Shown piece after piece: positions 1 through 12,761 of a stretch of DNA of 64,000 nucleotides (positions are counted from its first letter, which is position 1; every line of letters starts with the position of its first letter). The translations under genes and the position numbers were made by a program. The stretch comes from Gracilinanus agilis (taxonomy: Eukaryota): the NCBI RefSeq assembly GCF_016433145.1, contig NC_058135.1, positions 181,924,847 to 181,988,846 of the forward strand, written 5' to 3'. The notes under the pieces were generated by a model. That model searched no databases. It saw only the letters and a program-made list of their open reading frames with translations, and had not been told where the DNA came from.

Positions 1-559
1 ATTGCAGTGGTAGAAAACAATGCAAGAATTCACCTGGTAATTATTTTTGTGGGTGTGTTTGCCCATAAGTTTTTTAAATCTCCACCATTTAGCACAATGC
101 CTCAAACTAATGGATATTTAATACATATTTATGCCTAAATTAAACTTTCTACATTTAAGACCTCAGTATTATCCATCGCCTTTTCTCTCCCTCACCTCTA
201 ATATCCAATTATTAAGTCCTGAAATTTCTATTTATTCCAAATTTCTCACATCACTCCTCTCTTATCTACTTCAGTGGTTGCATCCTACTAGAGGTCATGC
301 AGATTCCTGGAATCATGACAATAACTAATTTTTTCTTTGTTTCTCTTCTATAGATGTTCCTTTCTTCATACAACTATCAGACTTACCTTCCTACTTGATT
401 CTAGCAATCGCCTACTCAAAATCTTTTCATGTTTGTCTATTCTCTTATGGACAAAGTTCAAATTTCTTGACTTTGGCTTCAAGTCCTTTCATAATTTGGA
501 ATTACTCTACTTTACCACATCTTTCCTCAATCTACTGCATTATACTTTTATTTATGTCA

Positions 560-900
560 TTCAATCAACCACTCAAGAAACATTTAAGTATTTACTATAT
601 GCCAGGCACTATACTAAGTTCTGGAGATGTAAAGAGAGCCAAGGGATAATCGCTACCCTCAAGGAGCTTACAATTGAATGGGGGAGATAACAAGAAAACC
701 AATATATGAGAAGCATACTAGGTAGACAATAAAAGGAAATAAGAGGAAGCCTTCCATAGAAGATGAGATCTTAATTGGGACTTAAAAGAGGTAAGTAGTC
801 TAAGTAGAGGAGGAAAGATATTCCAGGCATGCTGGATAGCCAGAGGAAAGGCCTGGACCCAAGAGAGGGAATATTTTCTTCATGGAACAGCCAGGAGATC
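560..900 (-). mobile_element. L2 LINE 3' fragment
   Basis: Characteristic reverse-strand L2 tail (aaacatttaagtatttactatatgccaggcactatactaagttctggaga...ctcaaggagcttaca); boundaries approximate. Confidence 0.65.
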
Positions 901-1327
901 GTGTTACTGACTTAAGAAAAACCCTATATAGCATTATAGCTGTTCCTTTAATAGTCAAGGGCCCTCTTGCTCAACAATTGAAACAGGTTATGTGTTCAAG
1001 ATGTCTACATCTCCACTTGCCTGACCATTGACTACAGTTCTGGTGCCTGAAGAAGTAAAAAACGTATAATAGAACCCACTTTTCCCATTAGATTGAAAGA
1101 TTTCTGCTTATAATTTATTAATTCGTATCTCTTTTTTTCTTATTTTGATTTGCATGTAGTTCATTGGACATCATAGATTTAGAATCATAAGAAACCAAAG
1201 AGGTCATTGCTTCCAACTCTGCTCAATCCTCCCAGGTGAGGAAACTGAGAACCAGAAAGTTAGAACAAACTGACGAAAGTCAGAAGAGTAGTGACAAAAT
1301 AAGAATTTAAGCCAACATGCTATGACT

Positions 1328-1680
1328 TGTAAAAGTGAAATTTGGGAAATGCCATCTAAAAGTGTATATATTTCTATGGACATGGAAAATGTATCAAACT
1401 ACATTTCCCGTGATCCAACGTGGTCCAACTGGTTTCCGTTTCCGGGTTTTTGGGCTTGGGGAGGCCGACGTCTTGACGCAGGGAAGAGTTTATAATCTCC
1501 TGGGTTAGGAGGGAGTGCTTCTCTTGGCCAGTAGACTCAGGTAGAGACGGGAGACAAAATGGGAGCGGCAGTTTTGAATGCTTACAAGCCTGTGGTCTAA
1601 TAACTTATCTATCATCATGGCTTTAATTAAATTACTAATTTATATTATTATATCAGCCTTTATTATTTTTAATACTTATA
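1328..1680 (+). mobile_element. Solo LTR (ERV-type, 353 bp), same family as 51563-51890
   Basis: Starts TGTAAA and ends TTATA, flanked by 4-bp TSD GACT/GACT; internal AATTAAA poly(A)-like signal; closely similar second copy in the window. Confidence 0.85.
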
Positions 1681-2221
1681 GACTCCAAATTAACTACTTT
1701 TCTTTTCACTGCACAAAGTTTTCTCTCTTTATTTGTCAGTCTTTTCTATTAACTTTACCATAATTACAATATAAAACATGTGATATGATAAAAAATAAAA
1801 AATAAAAAATAAACAGAGAAATCCCTCAAATGATCAAATATCACATTGATGCCTTTTTAAATTGAGGTAAAATGTGGTATCAGAAAAAAATAGGTTTTGT
1901 TGAGATGAGTATTAACAATGGAACTATTTTGTATTCCAAATAAATGACTCATTCCTGCTGACGGCAAAAAAAAATTTAGGTATCCATTCGAATGTGATTA
2001 TTCTCCATTCTCCATGGATGCCCCATTTTTTCTGGTACCTATTCCTTCTTTCATTTTATCCTAAAATGCTCCCTGACTTCCTTTTTGCCTGTTGAAAGAC
2101 CCTTTAAGACCTGTCAAATGCCAATTCCTCCAAGAAGATTTCTAGAAAAGACCATGGTAAAATAATTTAAAAGGCAGTAAATACGGATTGATAACAGTAA
2201 GGAAAATTTGCCATTCTGTTC

Positions 2222-3326
2222 TGTGGATGNNNNNNNNNNNNNNNNNNNNNNNNNNNNNNNNNNNNNNNNNNNNNNNNNNNNNNNNNNNNNNNNNNNNNNN
2301 NNNNNNNNNNNNNNNNNNNNNNNNNNNNNNNNNNNNNNNNNNNNNNNNNNNNNNNNNNNNNNNNNNNNNNNNNNNNNNNNNNNNNNGAATTTGTGCAAGG
2401 GGAGGGGTCAAAAAGAGCCAGAAAAGGAGTGACTGATGGTTGGTGACATTTGGTGACAGTTGAGACCAGAAGGATTCTGAGTAATTCTCTAGAGGAGGAA
2501 AAAAGAAGGAGGGACTTCCGGCGGAGACTGGAAAGAGAGAGGAGGAGGACATCCCAGCTCGAATCCAGTCTTGAGCGCTTCCTGAGGATCTTTCTTTGGA
2601 CATTGAAACCTGGATTACCTGGTCAAAGACATCCCATCCCTTATCAACCAGCAAAACTTCAAGAATCGAGTCAGCTAAGTGTTTGGACTCCATTTTGTGA
2701 GCGATCTCTTAGGCTCCTTCCCCAACCTTGCTGAGAGACCCTTTTTGCTCTAACTTACAATTATAGAAAAGGATAGAAATAGAAACAGAAGGAGAAGGGA
2801 TGAGGGGAGATGCTTAGGAGTGGGAACCCCAAAGGTTCCCACCTGAGTGATGGTCCACATAGAAAAAGAGAAGAGGGCACCCCAAATCCCTCTGTCCTTC
2901 ACCCCTTTCCCCAACCCCTGAATTGTGAATAATAAACGCCATTCATTAGTCAGATAGTGTTCCAGAGTGCCTGAGAGACAACAAGGGGGAGAGGAATCAC
3001 ACTTTGGGGACTAGCTGCCTCCATCTTGAAGCCAGACCACACGCTGTGAAGTTGGCTGACCTGGGGGAGGCTTGCATGAACCCTGCCCTCATTCAGAATT
3101 GGATTGGGGTCCCCCATACCTCATCTTATAGGGAAGCCTCACCCCCTACTCCTGTGGGGTAGCAAGACCATCCAGGTCACTCAGTTTTGGGGTGACACCC
3201 CCTCAAAGTCTCCCAGTGTATATTCAGCGGGAGGGGAGAGCTAGAAGAGAGTCCCACCCCATATAGACTCTCTCTATCCCCCCTCCATCCCTAAAATTGG
3301 TTTACTGGCTCTCATTTATTATTACA
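2222..3326 (+). mobile_element. Long solo LTR (about 1.1 kb) spanning an assembly gap
   Basis: TG at 2222 just before the gap and ...ATTACA at 3326; flanks GTTC/GTTT (3 of 4 TSD match); internal AATAAA near 2930; purine-rich segment typical of opossum LTRs. Confidence 0.6.
2230..2387. other. Assembly gap (N run)
   Basis: Run of N. Confidence 1.
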
Positions 3327-3569
3327 GTTTTGGCAGAGGCTCTCTTTATTCTTATACTACTCACCAAATTATAAATGAGATTATATATAATTTCTGTGAG
3401 AATAAGGGTTTTGTTTTCTTAATTATCTTTGTATAATCTTAACTAAGCATAGTATTTTCCACATAACAAGTGTTTAATATGGAAAGTTATCTATAGAAGA
3501 AGTCATAAGAGGAAGTTATGCCCTTATCAAACTATATATAGTGTATGTGTTTCACTTGGGGATTATTTT

Positions 3570-3975
3570 ATTTTTCCTTGTTATTTAATTTTTTTCCAGG
3601 TTAAATTTTGACACAATTTTTAATATTCATTTTCAGACATTTTTCAATTCATGTTCTCTATCTCCCTACCACCCTTCTCCCTTTCCCAAGAAAAGAGACA
3701 ATATGATCGAGATTGTATATACATTTTCATATAATACATATCTCCATGTTTATCCTGTTGTGAAACAAGACACATATCACTTATAGTAGAGAAAAAGTAA
3801 TGGAGGAAAAAAGTGAAGAATGATATGTTTTAATCTGCATTCAGATTCTATGTGTTCCTTCTATGGCTGTAGATATCCTTTTTCATCACAAGTGCATTGG
3901 AGTCAGCCTGTATTCTTGCCTTGTTGATAATAATTACATCATTCATAGTTGATTATCATACATAATTGTTGTTGC
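3570..3975 (-). mobile_element. L1 3' end fragment
   Basis: Reverse-strand marsupial L1 3'UTR motifs (ttttaatattcattttcagac...atctgcattcagattcta...). Confidence 0.65.
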
Positions 3976-4414
3976 CATAGGGATTATTTTAAAAAGTAAT
4001 TTTGGCAAGTTAGAACACTTCTAATAAAGGTCAACAAGAAATATGAGAATAAAAATCAAACAATATATGGTTTGGTTAGAAGAAATAGATACTTTTCTCT
4101 TGAGATATGTTTACTTTCTGATTGAGTCTTCACAGGCAAAGATCACCATTTCCCCAGGGTCTCCAGCCATGCTGCTCACCTGATTTCCAGCTCATCTCAT
4201 TCTTCAGGATTTTCAACCATTCCTCCAGTTGCCTGATTCAGTGGAGTTTTCCTCCTCCCCATTTTCAACTCTCCTTTATATTTTCTACTCTCCTCTTAGT
4301 ACATATGTTCCTTCTATATAGTGACTATCTTGTTTGCTTGAATTTATTATTCCTAAGTTTTAACTCAGTGCCTGCCATGTAGGAACACTTGCAAAATGCT
4401 ATATCTATGCTATC

Positions 4415-4462
4415 TCTGTCTCTGTCTCTGTCTGTCTCTGTCTCTGTCTGTCTCTGTCTATC
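4415..4462. repeat. (CTCTGT)n microsatellite
   Basis: tctctgtctctgtctctgtctgtctctg... Confidence 0.9.
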
Positions 4463-4769
4463 TCAGAATAATTTGAAGAAACTATCTTTGAAAGTATCAG
4501 TCTGTCTGAGGTAATCATGACTATTTAATAGGACTCAGATCCCACCAGCCAGTGCCTCATTCCAGTCTTTCTAGAATGAGATAATCAAATATCCTTACTC
4601 TTCACAAAAACAGATCTGGGTCCCACATTTGCTATCTCTGGTTCTACTCACTATCTTTGATAGATGAAGTTATTTTTGAACTATCTGTTATCATTGCTCT
4701 CAACTATGGGACACCTGGATTTAGTGAGTCACTGTACTATTGAAACCTTAAGACTGAGTTACTTCATAC

Positions 4770-5400
4770 TCTTTTTAAAAAAAAGAGTATTTTCTAATTT
4801 CCCCCCTCTTTTATATACAAACAATTTTTAACATTAATTTTTTAATGTTTTTGAGTTCCAAATTCTTTCCCTTCTGACATTTTTTAATCCTTCAATCCCT
4901 TTTTGTCCTCCCCCTTCCTTGACATGGCAAAAAACTTATTTTACATTTGTAATAATATGAAATATTTTTTTCAATATTAGTCATTTTGTGGAAGAGTTCA
5001 CAAATGGAAGAAGGAGGAGGAAAAGGAAGAAATATAGTATGTTCTAGTCTGCATTCATACTCCAGTATTTTCTTGGAGGGCAGATGACATTTTTTGTCAT
5101 TCATCTGGAATTTTATTGGATCACTGGATTGCTGAGAATAACTCACAGTTGTTCATCAGAATAGATCACTCACAGTTGTTCATTGAGAATATTGTTGTCA
5201 CTGTGCACAATGTTTATCTGGTTCTGCTTATTTCACTTTGCCTCAGTTCACATAATTCTTTCCAGGTTTTTCTAAAATCATTCTACTTGTCCTTTCTTAG
5301 AGCAAAATAGTATTCCATAACCATCATTTACCCTTATACAGCCATTACTTAATTCATGGACAATCCTTAAATTTCCAATTCTTTGCTAACACAAAAAAGA
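4770..5400 (-). mobile_element. L1 3' end fragment
   Basis: Reverse-strand L1 3'UTR/ORF2 end (atctgcattcatactcc...gttctgcttatttcactttgcctcagttcacataa...). Confidence 0.7.
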
Positions 5401-5486
5401 TCGAGGGATCGAGACAAGAAATCTTGGTTTCAAATATGGTTGACCATATTAGTATAAATTGGTTTGTTTTCCCAGAAAGGCTAGGT

Positions 5487-5859
5487 CAGTGACAATGAAT
5501 CTATGGCACAGGTGCCAAAGATGGCATGCGTGCAGAGTGCTCTCTGTGGGGATGCAGTCACTCTTCCCCCCTCCCTGAGTTTGTCACTAGGAAGGCATAG
5601 GAACCTGGAAGAGCTGTTCCCTTACCCCTCTCTACCAGGCCTGATGACATTTTTTTCACATCACCCACCTCTTTGATTAGCAGCCCAATGGGAGCACTTT
5701 TTTCCTCCCTTTGTGGGGTAAAGTGAGGCCAGGGCACACCTGGCACTGAGTGGAGAATGCAGGGCATAGCACATGATCTCTGGGGGACACAGCATGCAGT
5801 ATTGGGGGTGGGTAAGGGCAGGACCTGGCATTCCATCTCTAAAAGTTTCACCATCACTA
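5487..5859 (+). mobile_element. hAT (Charlie-type) non-autonomous DNA transposon
   Basis: Termini cagtgac...atctatggcac / aaagtttcaccatcacta; 8-bp TSD GGCTAGGT/GGCTAGGA; shorter relative at 37026-37227. Confidence 0.8.
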
Positions 5860-7764
5860 GGCTAGGAAATGAGGGTATGCGACTTGCCCAGGATCACACA
5901 GCTAGGAAGTATCTGAGGCCATATTTGAACCCAAGATTTCCTGACTTGATCTCTGGCTCTCTATCCACTGAGTCACTTTGTTGCCTTCTCCTACCTATTC
6001 TTTAAGTGACCTGTATTGCCTAGTTATTTATAGGTATTCTTCCCCCTATTAGCACTAAGCTTATATAACAGAAGAGTATTTCTTTTTCATTGTCTCATAT
6101 TGTCTTTACATTGAATTTCAAAACAAAATTAAACTGCAACCTTTGATAAGAAAGATGTGAAGAAAGTTAAATTCTACTTCTTACTGTATAGCTTACATTA
6201 AAGGTTTTTACATTAATCATATTAATATGCCTTCCACCTCTATGAAGATGATAAAATTAATATGAATTCCATTTTTTGTTTATTATAGAATTCCTATTTG
6301 TTTCTGCATTGAAATAGCTGCACAAGATAAGTACATTGAAATATGAGTGCCATAAAGGCAGAGAAGTATTTTTTTTTGCCTTTTTTGATAACCCTTTTTA
6401 CTAAATGACAAAAATAGTCATATATTTACACAATTAAACAGAGAGTGTCAGTCTAAATCAGAGGTATCAGATCTCAGGCCCCTGAGTGCCTTAATTATAT
6501 TTAAATGCAACTGGGAAATGTTTAACAAAATAAATAGAAATATAACATAGATAATGTTATTTTGTAGTTTTATAAGTCAATATGTAGCCCATTGGGATCA
6601 ATTTCTATTTGACTCTGGTGCCATCCTCTAAATAATCTTGAAGGTATTACCCAATTATCAGTTGTTATGATTTTAATGGAAAAAATAAGATTCGAAGTGG
6701 GACTGATCCTTTTAACTAATATACAGGAAAATTTATAAAATGGAAAGCAAGACAATATAATATATGGGAGATTTTAATGTTTATATCCTAGTATATCTTG
6801 GAATTAATGACACAATGCTAGCTCCAAGTAGAGGAAGAAATCATATCATTTTCCTATTATTAAAAAAAATGTTGACTGGTTAGAAGGAACAAGTTTTTAA
6901 ACACTAAAATCTTAAAACTACTAAAAATGTTACTCCAAGTAAATATCAGCCTTTCTCAGGTCAACAAAATTATATTCTTTAATGCCTAAAGAACAAAATC
7001 CTCTTAAAACATGTATTCTTACAGAACTTATCATCCAAGAAAAGTACCATGGAATGAACGTACTGAGAAATCACATTGTTTACTCCATTTATAAAAAAAA
7101 ATATTCAGTTGTGATTTGTAATCTAAATAACCCATTATTATTCACTCCAGACTTCCAACAAAGATGACAACCTCTGGCCCATTTTAAGAACTATAATTTT
7201 GTGTCATGATATTATGCTCTTTTTGTTGTTTAATTTGATCTTTTAAATAGGAATGGATATATGAATTAGATTATATAACAATAATAACACTGACACATTG
7301 ATATATCTATGGTCCTATTAGCATGAGTAGATCCTGGCATTCTGATGAATAAATCATATTCTGTGGTGACCATCTGGACTCACCTTGAAAAGGAACATAT
7401 CATGGACTTGTTTACATTGTTCTACAGGCAACTCTTTTCCCAATAAATCAGTTCTATCCAAACAACTCTCAATGATAAACTGATATTTTACTCTAACATG
7501 CTGTGACTTTAGTACTTCATTGATTCTCTAGCTATAGGGGCCCATGTGGATAATCCCCTTCTCTCTCTAATAAGCACATTCTTCAGGAAATCATTCTCAG
7601 AGGTGGAAGTTGAATGCTCAAAAGACTGTCATGTGTGTCAATGGCCATTCCTTTTCTAGTCTTTGGATTTTGCAAGTACCTATCATAGCTTTCTGCATAT
7701 ATTAGATGTTTAATACATTGACATTTTTCATTTAATTAAAATACCTATATCTCCTTGACTCATA

Positions 7765-8000
7765 GTTGTTGTTATTGAGTTGTTTTCAGTTGATTCAAAC
7801 TCTTTGTGACCATATTTGTGGTTTTATCGGCAAAGATGCTAGAATGAGTTGTCATTTCATTCTCCAGCTCATTTTACAAATGAGTAAACTGAGACAAACA
7901 GGATTAAGCAACTTGCCTAGCATCATAAAGCTAGTAAATATCTGAGACTAGATTTTAACTCGAGTCTTCCTTATTCCAAACCTAGCACTCTTTCTATTAT
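7765..8000 (-). mobile_element. MAR1-type SINE (RTE-tailed)
   Basis: gttgttttcagttgattcaaactctttgtgacc...ggcaaagatgctagaatgagttgtcatttcattctccagctcattttaca. Confidence 0.7.
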
Positions 8001-8559
8001 GCCACCTACTCTCCCTGAGTCATAGGATATGTAACAAACAAAAGCTTTTATTTATAAGAAGGCCCTCCATTTTTTCAATTTCTTAATACAAGGCATAGCT
8101 GACACCCTACTTCCTTCTTCCCTACCTCGAAGGTAGAAGTAGCTCCAGTTAATATGAATAGGGTAATTTCATTTACTCACGCACAATGTACCCAGGCCTG
8201 GGCAGAGAAGGGAGGACCAATTAAAAAAAAATACTTTGGCAAGCTTTTGGGAAAGAAATTCTAAAGAAATAGCAAACTGGATTCACTATATCAAAGACAA
8301 AAATTCCCTTAACTTAGTAGTAGCCTTATTGTGTGTAAATTAAGAAATCAAGAAAGAAAGAAAATTCCCTTTCTCCTAAAGAAATTATAACAGTACTATT
8401 GATTTTAGCAAAGCAACATGCAAATGAAAACCAAGAATTAGAACCAATCAACAATTCCATCAACCACATAGTAATATGCCTGTATTTCTTTGGACTCTAT
8501 AACATTTATTTTCTTTAACATGTATTTTTGTTAGGCTATAGAGCCTTAGTAAAGACTAC

Positions 8560-8637
8560 CACTAATTTTCAATCTCTCCCTATCTATTCATTTCCTATTG
8601 ACTACAAATATGTCCACATTTCCCCCATCTTAAAAAC

Positions 8638-8676
<39 letters not shown>

Positions 8677-9075
8677 AAAACCTCACACATTCCTTCCATC
8701 CCTGCTAACTGTCATCTTCTGTCTCTTTCATCCATTATGGATAAACTCATTGAAAAGACCACCTAGAAGTGCCTCTATTTTTTCTTCTCTGACTCTTCTT
8801 CTCAATCCCTTATGCTCTCCCTTCCAACCATATCATTATTCTGAAACTGTGCTCTCAAAGGTTCTCAATAATCTTTTAGTTGCCATATTGAACGACCTTT
8901 TTCAAGTCTTTATTCTTCTAAACATCTCTGTAGTCTTTAACACTATTGATCACCTCCACCTTAATACTCTCTTCTAAGTTTTCAGGACACCTTTTCCTCC
9001 TTGTCCCTCTCCTACATATCTAACCACTTCTTCTCAGACTCCTTTCCTAAATCCTTATCTAGACCACATTCTCTA
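8560..9075 (+). mobile_element. L2 ORF2 reverse-transcriptase remnant with internal (AAC)n
   Basis: Translation PFQPYHYSETVLSKVLNNLLVAILNDLFQVFILLNISVVFNTIDH resembles the L2 RT segment GFRPHHSTETAL..VTNDLL..LILLDLSAAFDTVDH. Confidence 0.8.
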
Positions 9076-12000
9076 AAAACAAACATGTTATTGTGAGAAA
9101 AGGACTTTGAAAAAAAATTAAAGGTCTCAATAAATCAAATTAGTAGATATCTCTGAGGAAAAAAAAAACAAGTGATATGGCCTCCTAATAATTCTGCAGA
9201 AGCACAGGCAGAATAAGAAAGGAGAGCTGAAGAGCAAAAGAAATGACTGACATTACATGCTGAAGACAGCAGGGAGCTATAGGAGGGTACCAAAAGCTAG
9301 CATATAGGGAAAGGTACATTGGAGTCAATGCTGCTCAGAAACCCTCCCAGCTTAGAATCCTACCTAATTCATAACTATAATTTCCCAAGCTCTCTGGGAA
9401 GAGTTTCTAACTAGGGAACAATAATATTTTCTACCTTCTTTAGTATGTCCTTAATTATTTTCTTCCACCTATAAAGTTTTTTTCCCTTTTGATCTTTGAT
9501 AGACATCTAGGGATTATTACAGATAGAATTCTCAACATGGAGTGAATTCAAATTCTGGATGAGACACTACCTAACTATGTAAACGTATACAATTTCTCTA
9601 AGCTTCTATTTGTCTCAGTTTCCTTATCAGTATAAATAAGGATAGCATCTACTTCACAGAATTGTTGTGAGAATTAACAAATATTAATTTGTCACTTTGT
9701 AAACTTTAGAGCACTATATAAATTACATTATTATTAACATCATACTTTGTTAACTGTATACATGCAAGGGGAATTGGTGGCAACATCCTAGTATCTTTGG
9801 AAGGGCAATATAGTAAAAATCTCAAGCTTTCTAAGAGGATTTTGTGAATCAGAGATATAAAAAGTGCCATAAAGTTTAACTAGATCCTTTTTGTTACATC
9901 AAAACCTCCAAAACAAGGGTTACATTTGAAATGATAGTAGTTGAAATCGGGGTTTTTGTTTGTCCTTTGTTTTTTGTTTTTTACCTCCAGCACTTTTTGA
10001 GACATTTTAAGATTTTTCTTTGCACATATACTGTTATATCATCAATACAAGGTGAGAGAAAAGAAGATTAGAGATTTTGAGTTATAAAGAATTTCAGAGA
10101 TTGTCTGGTTCAACCCTTTCATTTTACATTTGGGAAAATTGTTTTTTCATATTTAATATACACATTATCATTTTATGTTTTTGAGCATGTAATGTGTAGA
10201 TATATGTATTCATATATATATACCTATATTTAAATTTTTATCATAGTATCTTATATATTATATTGATTTTTAAAATTTTAGCTCTATAGGCGATATTTTT
10301 TTCCAAAGGAGTCTTTCCCTAGAACCAAACGTTAGTTAGTAGACACAAGCGATGAGCAAAAAGTCAATGTAACAAATATCTCCAATTGTAATTTGTCAGA
10401 ATATTGACTAGATTATAACTTTCAAAGGCTCTTAGTCAGTATACATAAAGAAAACATGGTGTATTGGAAAGAGCATTGAGCTCAAGTTCTAAAAACATTA
10501 GATTGACTCTATTTGTTCTCCCTATTATTTGGAAGCTACATAATCTTAGGAAAGAATTTAACTTCTCTGTACCTCAGAATCCTTATTTGTATAAATTAAT
10601 TCAATATAATACTTTTTCTGTGTACCCCTACAAGATTGTTGGGAAGATCAAATAGGAAAATACAACCATAGCACAATGTAATCAAAAGGAATTCATATTA
10701 TTTTGACTATCATGTGCTGTTTGTAGTATTATTCATATTCAGACTTTATGAAATATTAAGTAGCTAATTTTTGACTGGATTGACCTATTAATGAATGAAA
10801 ATAACTAGTCTACCTATTTACAAATGAAAAAAGCAAATTCCAAGTGTCGAATGCAGCTAATGGCCTATAAAATATTTTTAAATAAGCCAAGCTACATCTA
10901 ATGGGTGAGAAATACTGCTTTGCAATCAATAACACAATCAGCCTCTGGGAAATTTCATCAGAAGCACAAATGTGTCATATCAAATATTGACAGTGTATAA
11001 AGTCTTTAATAATATGATCTAGAATCAAAAGATATATAACTTTTTCGAGGCTAGTTTTTTTAAAATTGATGTTGCTAGCATGTGAAAATAGTCTTTTTTT
11101 AATGCCACTTGACAGCAAGTAGTCAAACACATGGTGGTTAAGAATACAATAACCAACAAACCAGAGATCAATTTTGAAAACTGTGACATATCTATCAATA
11201 TCCAAGACCTGCCTACAGATAATAGACACTATTGGTATCAGTCAGTAATGGGTGGCCATATCCAGTAGAAGTCTCATATTGATTATGATTCAATGTGTTG
11301 CAATGATAGGGTGAGCCTTATGAGGAATGTTGTACACATTAATCAAAGGACAGGTTATCTTTGCCACCCATGAAGAAAGGAAAATAGATCTGCCTTTTAT
11401 TTCAACCCCAAAGGGAATTATGTTATTTTATTCCTAAGTCATTTCTCTCTTGTAATAAGATTACTAGAGAGGCATTGATTCTTTATATTAAACTACCTTA
11501 AATTTTAAAGCATTACAATTTAAGCATTTTCACAGCTATTAACCTCACCTCATATACTCTTAAGGTTAATAGAGAAAACATCATTGTTTCCATTTTACAG
11601 AATATTGATCATAGATTTGGAGCTAGAGGGGATATTAGGGGTCATATAGTCCAATCTCCTCATTCTAGAAATGAAGAACTGTGGACCAGAGCTGACAGAT
11701 GACTTGCCCAAAGTCAAACAGCAAGAAAGAAGCAGACTTAAATTTAAATCCAGTTCCTATGATTTGTCCTATGGTGCTCAGCTGTGACTGGAAGAGTGTG
11801 ACAACATACGCTATATTGAGCCTTAGAAAGTTTGTGACATGACCAAGGTCTCACAGATAGAACATGACAGAGCCAGAATTTGTAAGTTCTAGAGCTAGAA
11901 TTGGCCTTAGAAATCATTTAATGAAATGTTAATTTAATGATGAATTAATGTTAATTAATAGTGAAATTAATGAAAATGTCTATAGATTAGGCAACTGAGA

Positions 12001-12712
12001 CTCAGGGAGGTATAGGGATCTTTCTGAAAACCCTTAAGTGTTAGGTTAGAAGAGTAAGAATTTTAAACCAAGACCTTGGTTAATAGCAGCACACTATAGC
12101 CCACTGCCACTTTTTAGATGACTAGGTTATTAGTCAGACATATGGGGATGGGGCAAAGTTAATAAATTTCACTGCCAATTTCAGTTATTTTCTTAGAAGA
12201 GGGAAGTTACTTTGTGTATATGGATAAATACATAAAAAAATGATGCATGAATTTCAGTCTATTTCATTCCATTCCTAAATGGCATGTCAATCTGACAAAT
12301 AAATATTGCTCACCTTGTAAGGGTAGCACCATAGTACCCCAGGGACCTGATAGAATTCATTGCTTCCCTAGGGAGGAGGAGAGTTAGAAACACAAGGAAA
12401 GAGAGAAATAGTAAGAAAGATGGGAAAAAGAGTCTTGAATTACAGTAAGTTTTTTACTTCCCCTGTTTGTGAAGAATCAGAAGCTTATCAGAAAAGTGAG
12501 GATTTTTAGAGAATCAGAGTCTTAGAGCAAAAGCTGAAATGATGATTCCCAAGAGCTTAAACTAAGTCATATATTTATATGTCTTGTATGTATGTACGTA
12601 TGCATGCATATACATGCATACATGCACACACATATACCTTACATTTTTTTTTAGTTATATCCCTATATTCCCCTATACGCAGTAGAGCACTGGGGGGGTT
12701 GGGGGAGGAGGC

Positions 12713-12715
<3 letters not shown>

Positions 12716-12758
<43 letters not shown>
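12716..12758. repeat. (GA)n microsatellite
   Basis: gagagaga run. Confidence 0.95.

Positions 12759-12761
<3 letters not shown>

Noticed and set aside
2450-2734. 94-aa Arg/Glu-rich ORF
   Set aside because: Lies within a purine-rich LTR segment; compositional artefact
10975-11330. Stop-poor frames on both strands; VLDIDRYVTVFK loosely resembles VLDIDL*LDGFK in a + frame near 34400
   Set aside because: Similarity is short and low; no recognisable protein or splice context; chance is likely in AT-rich DNA
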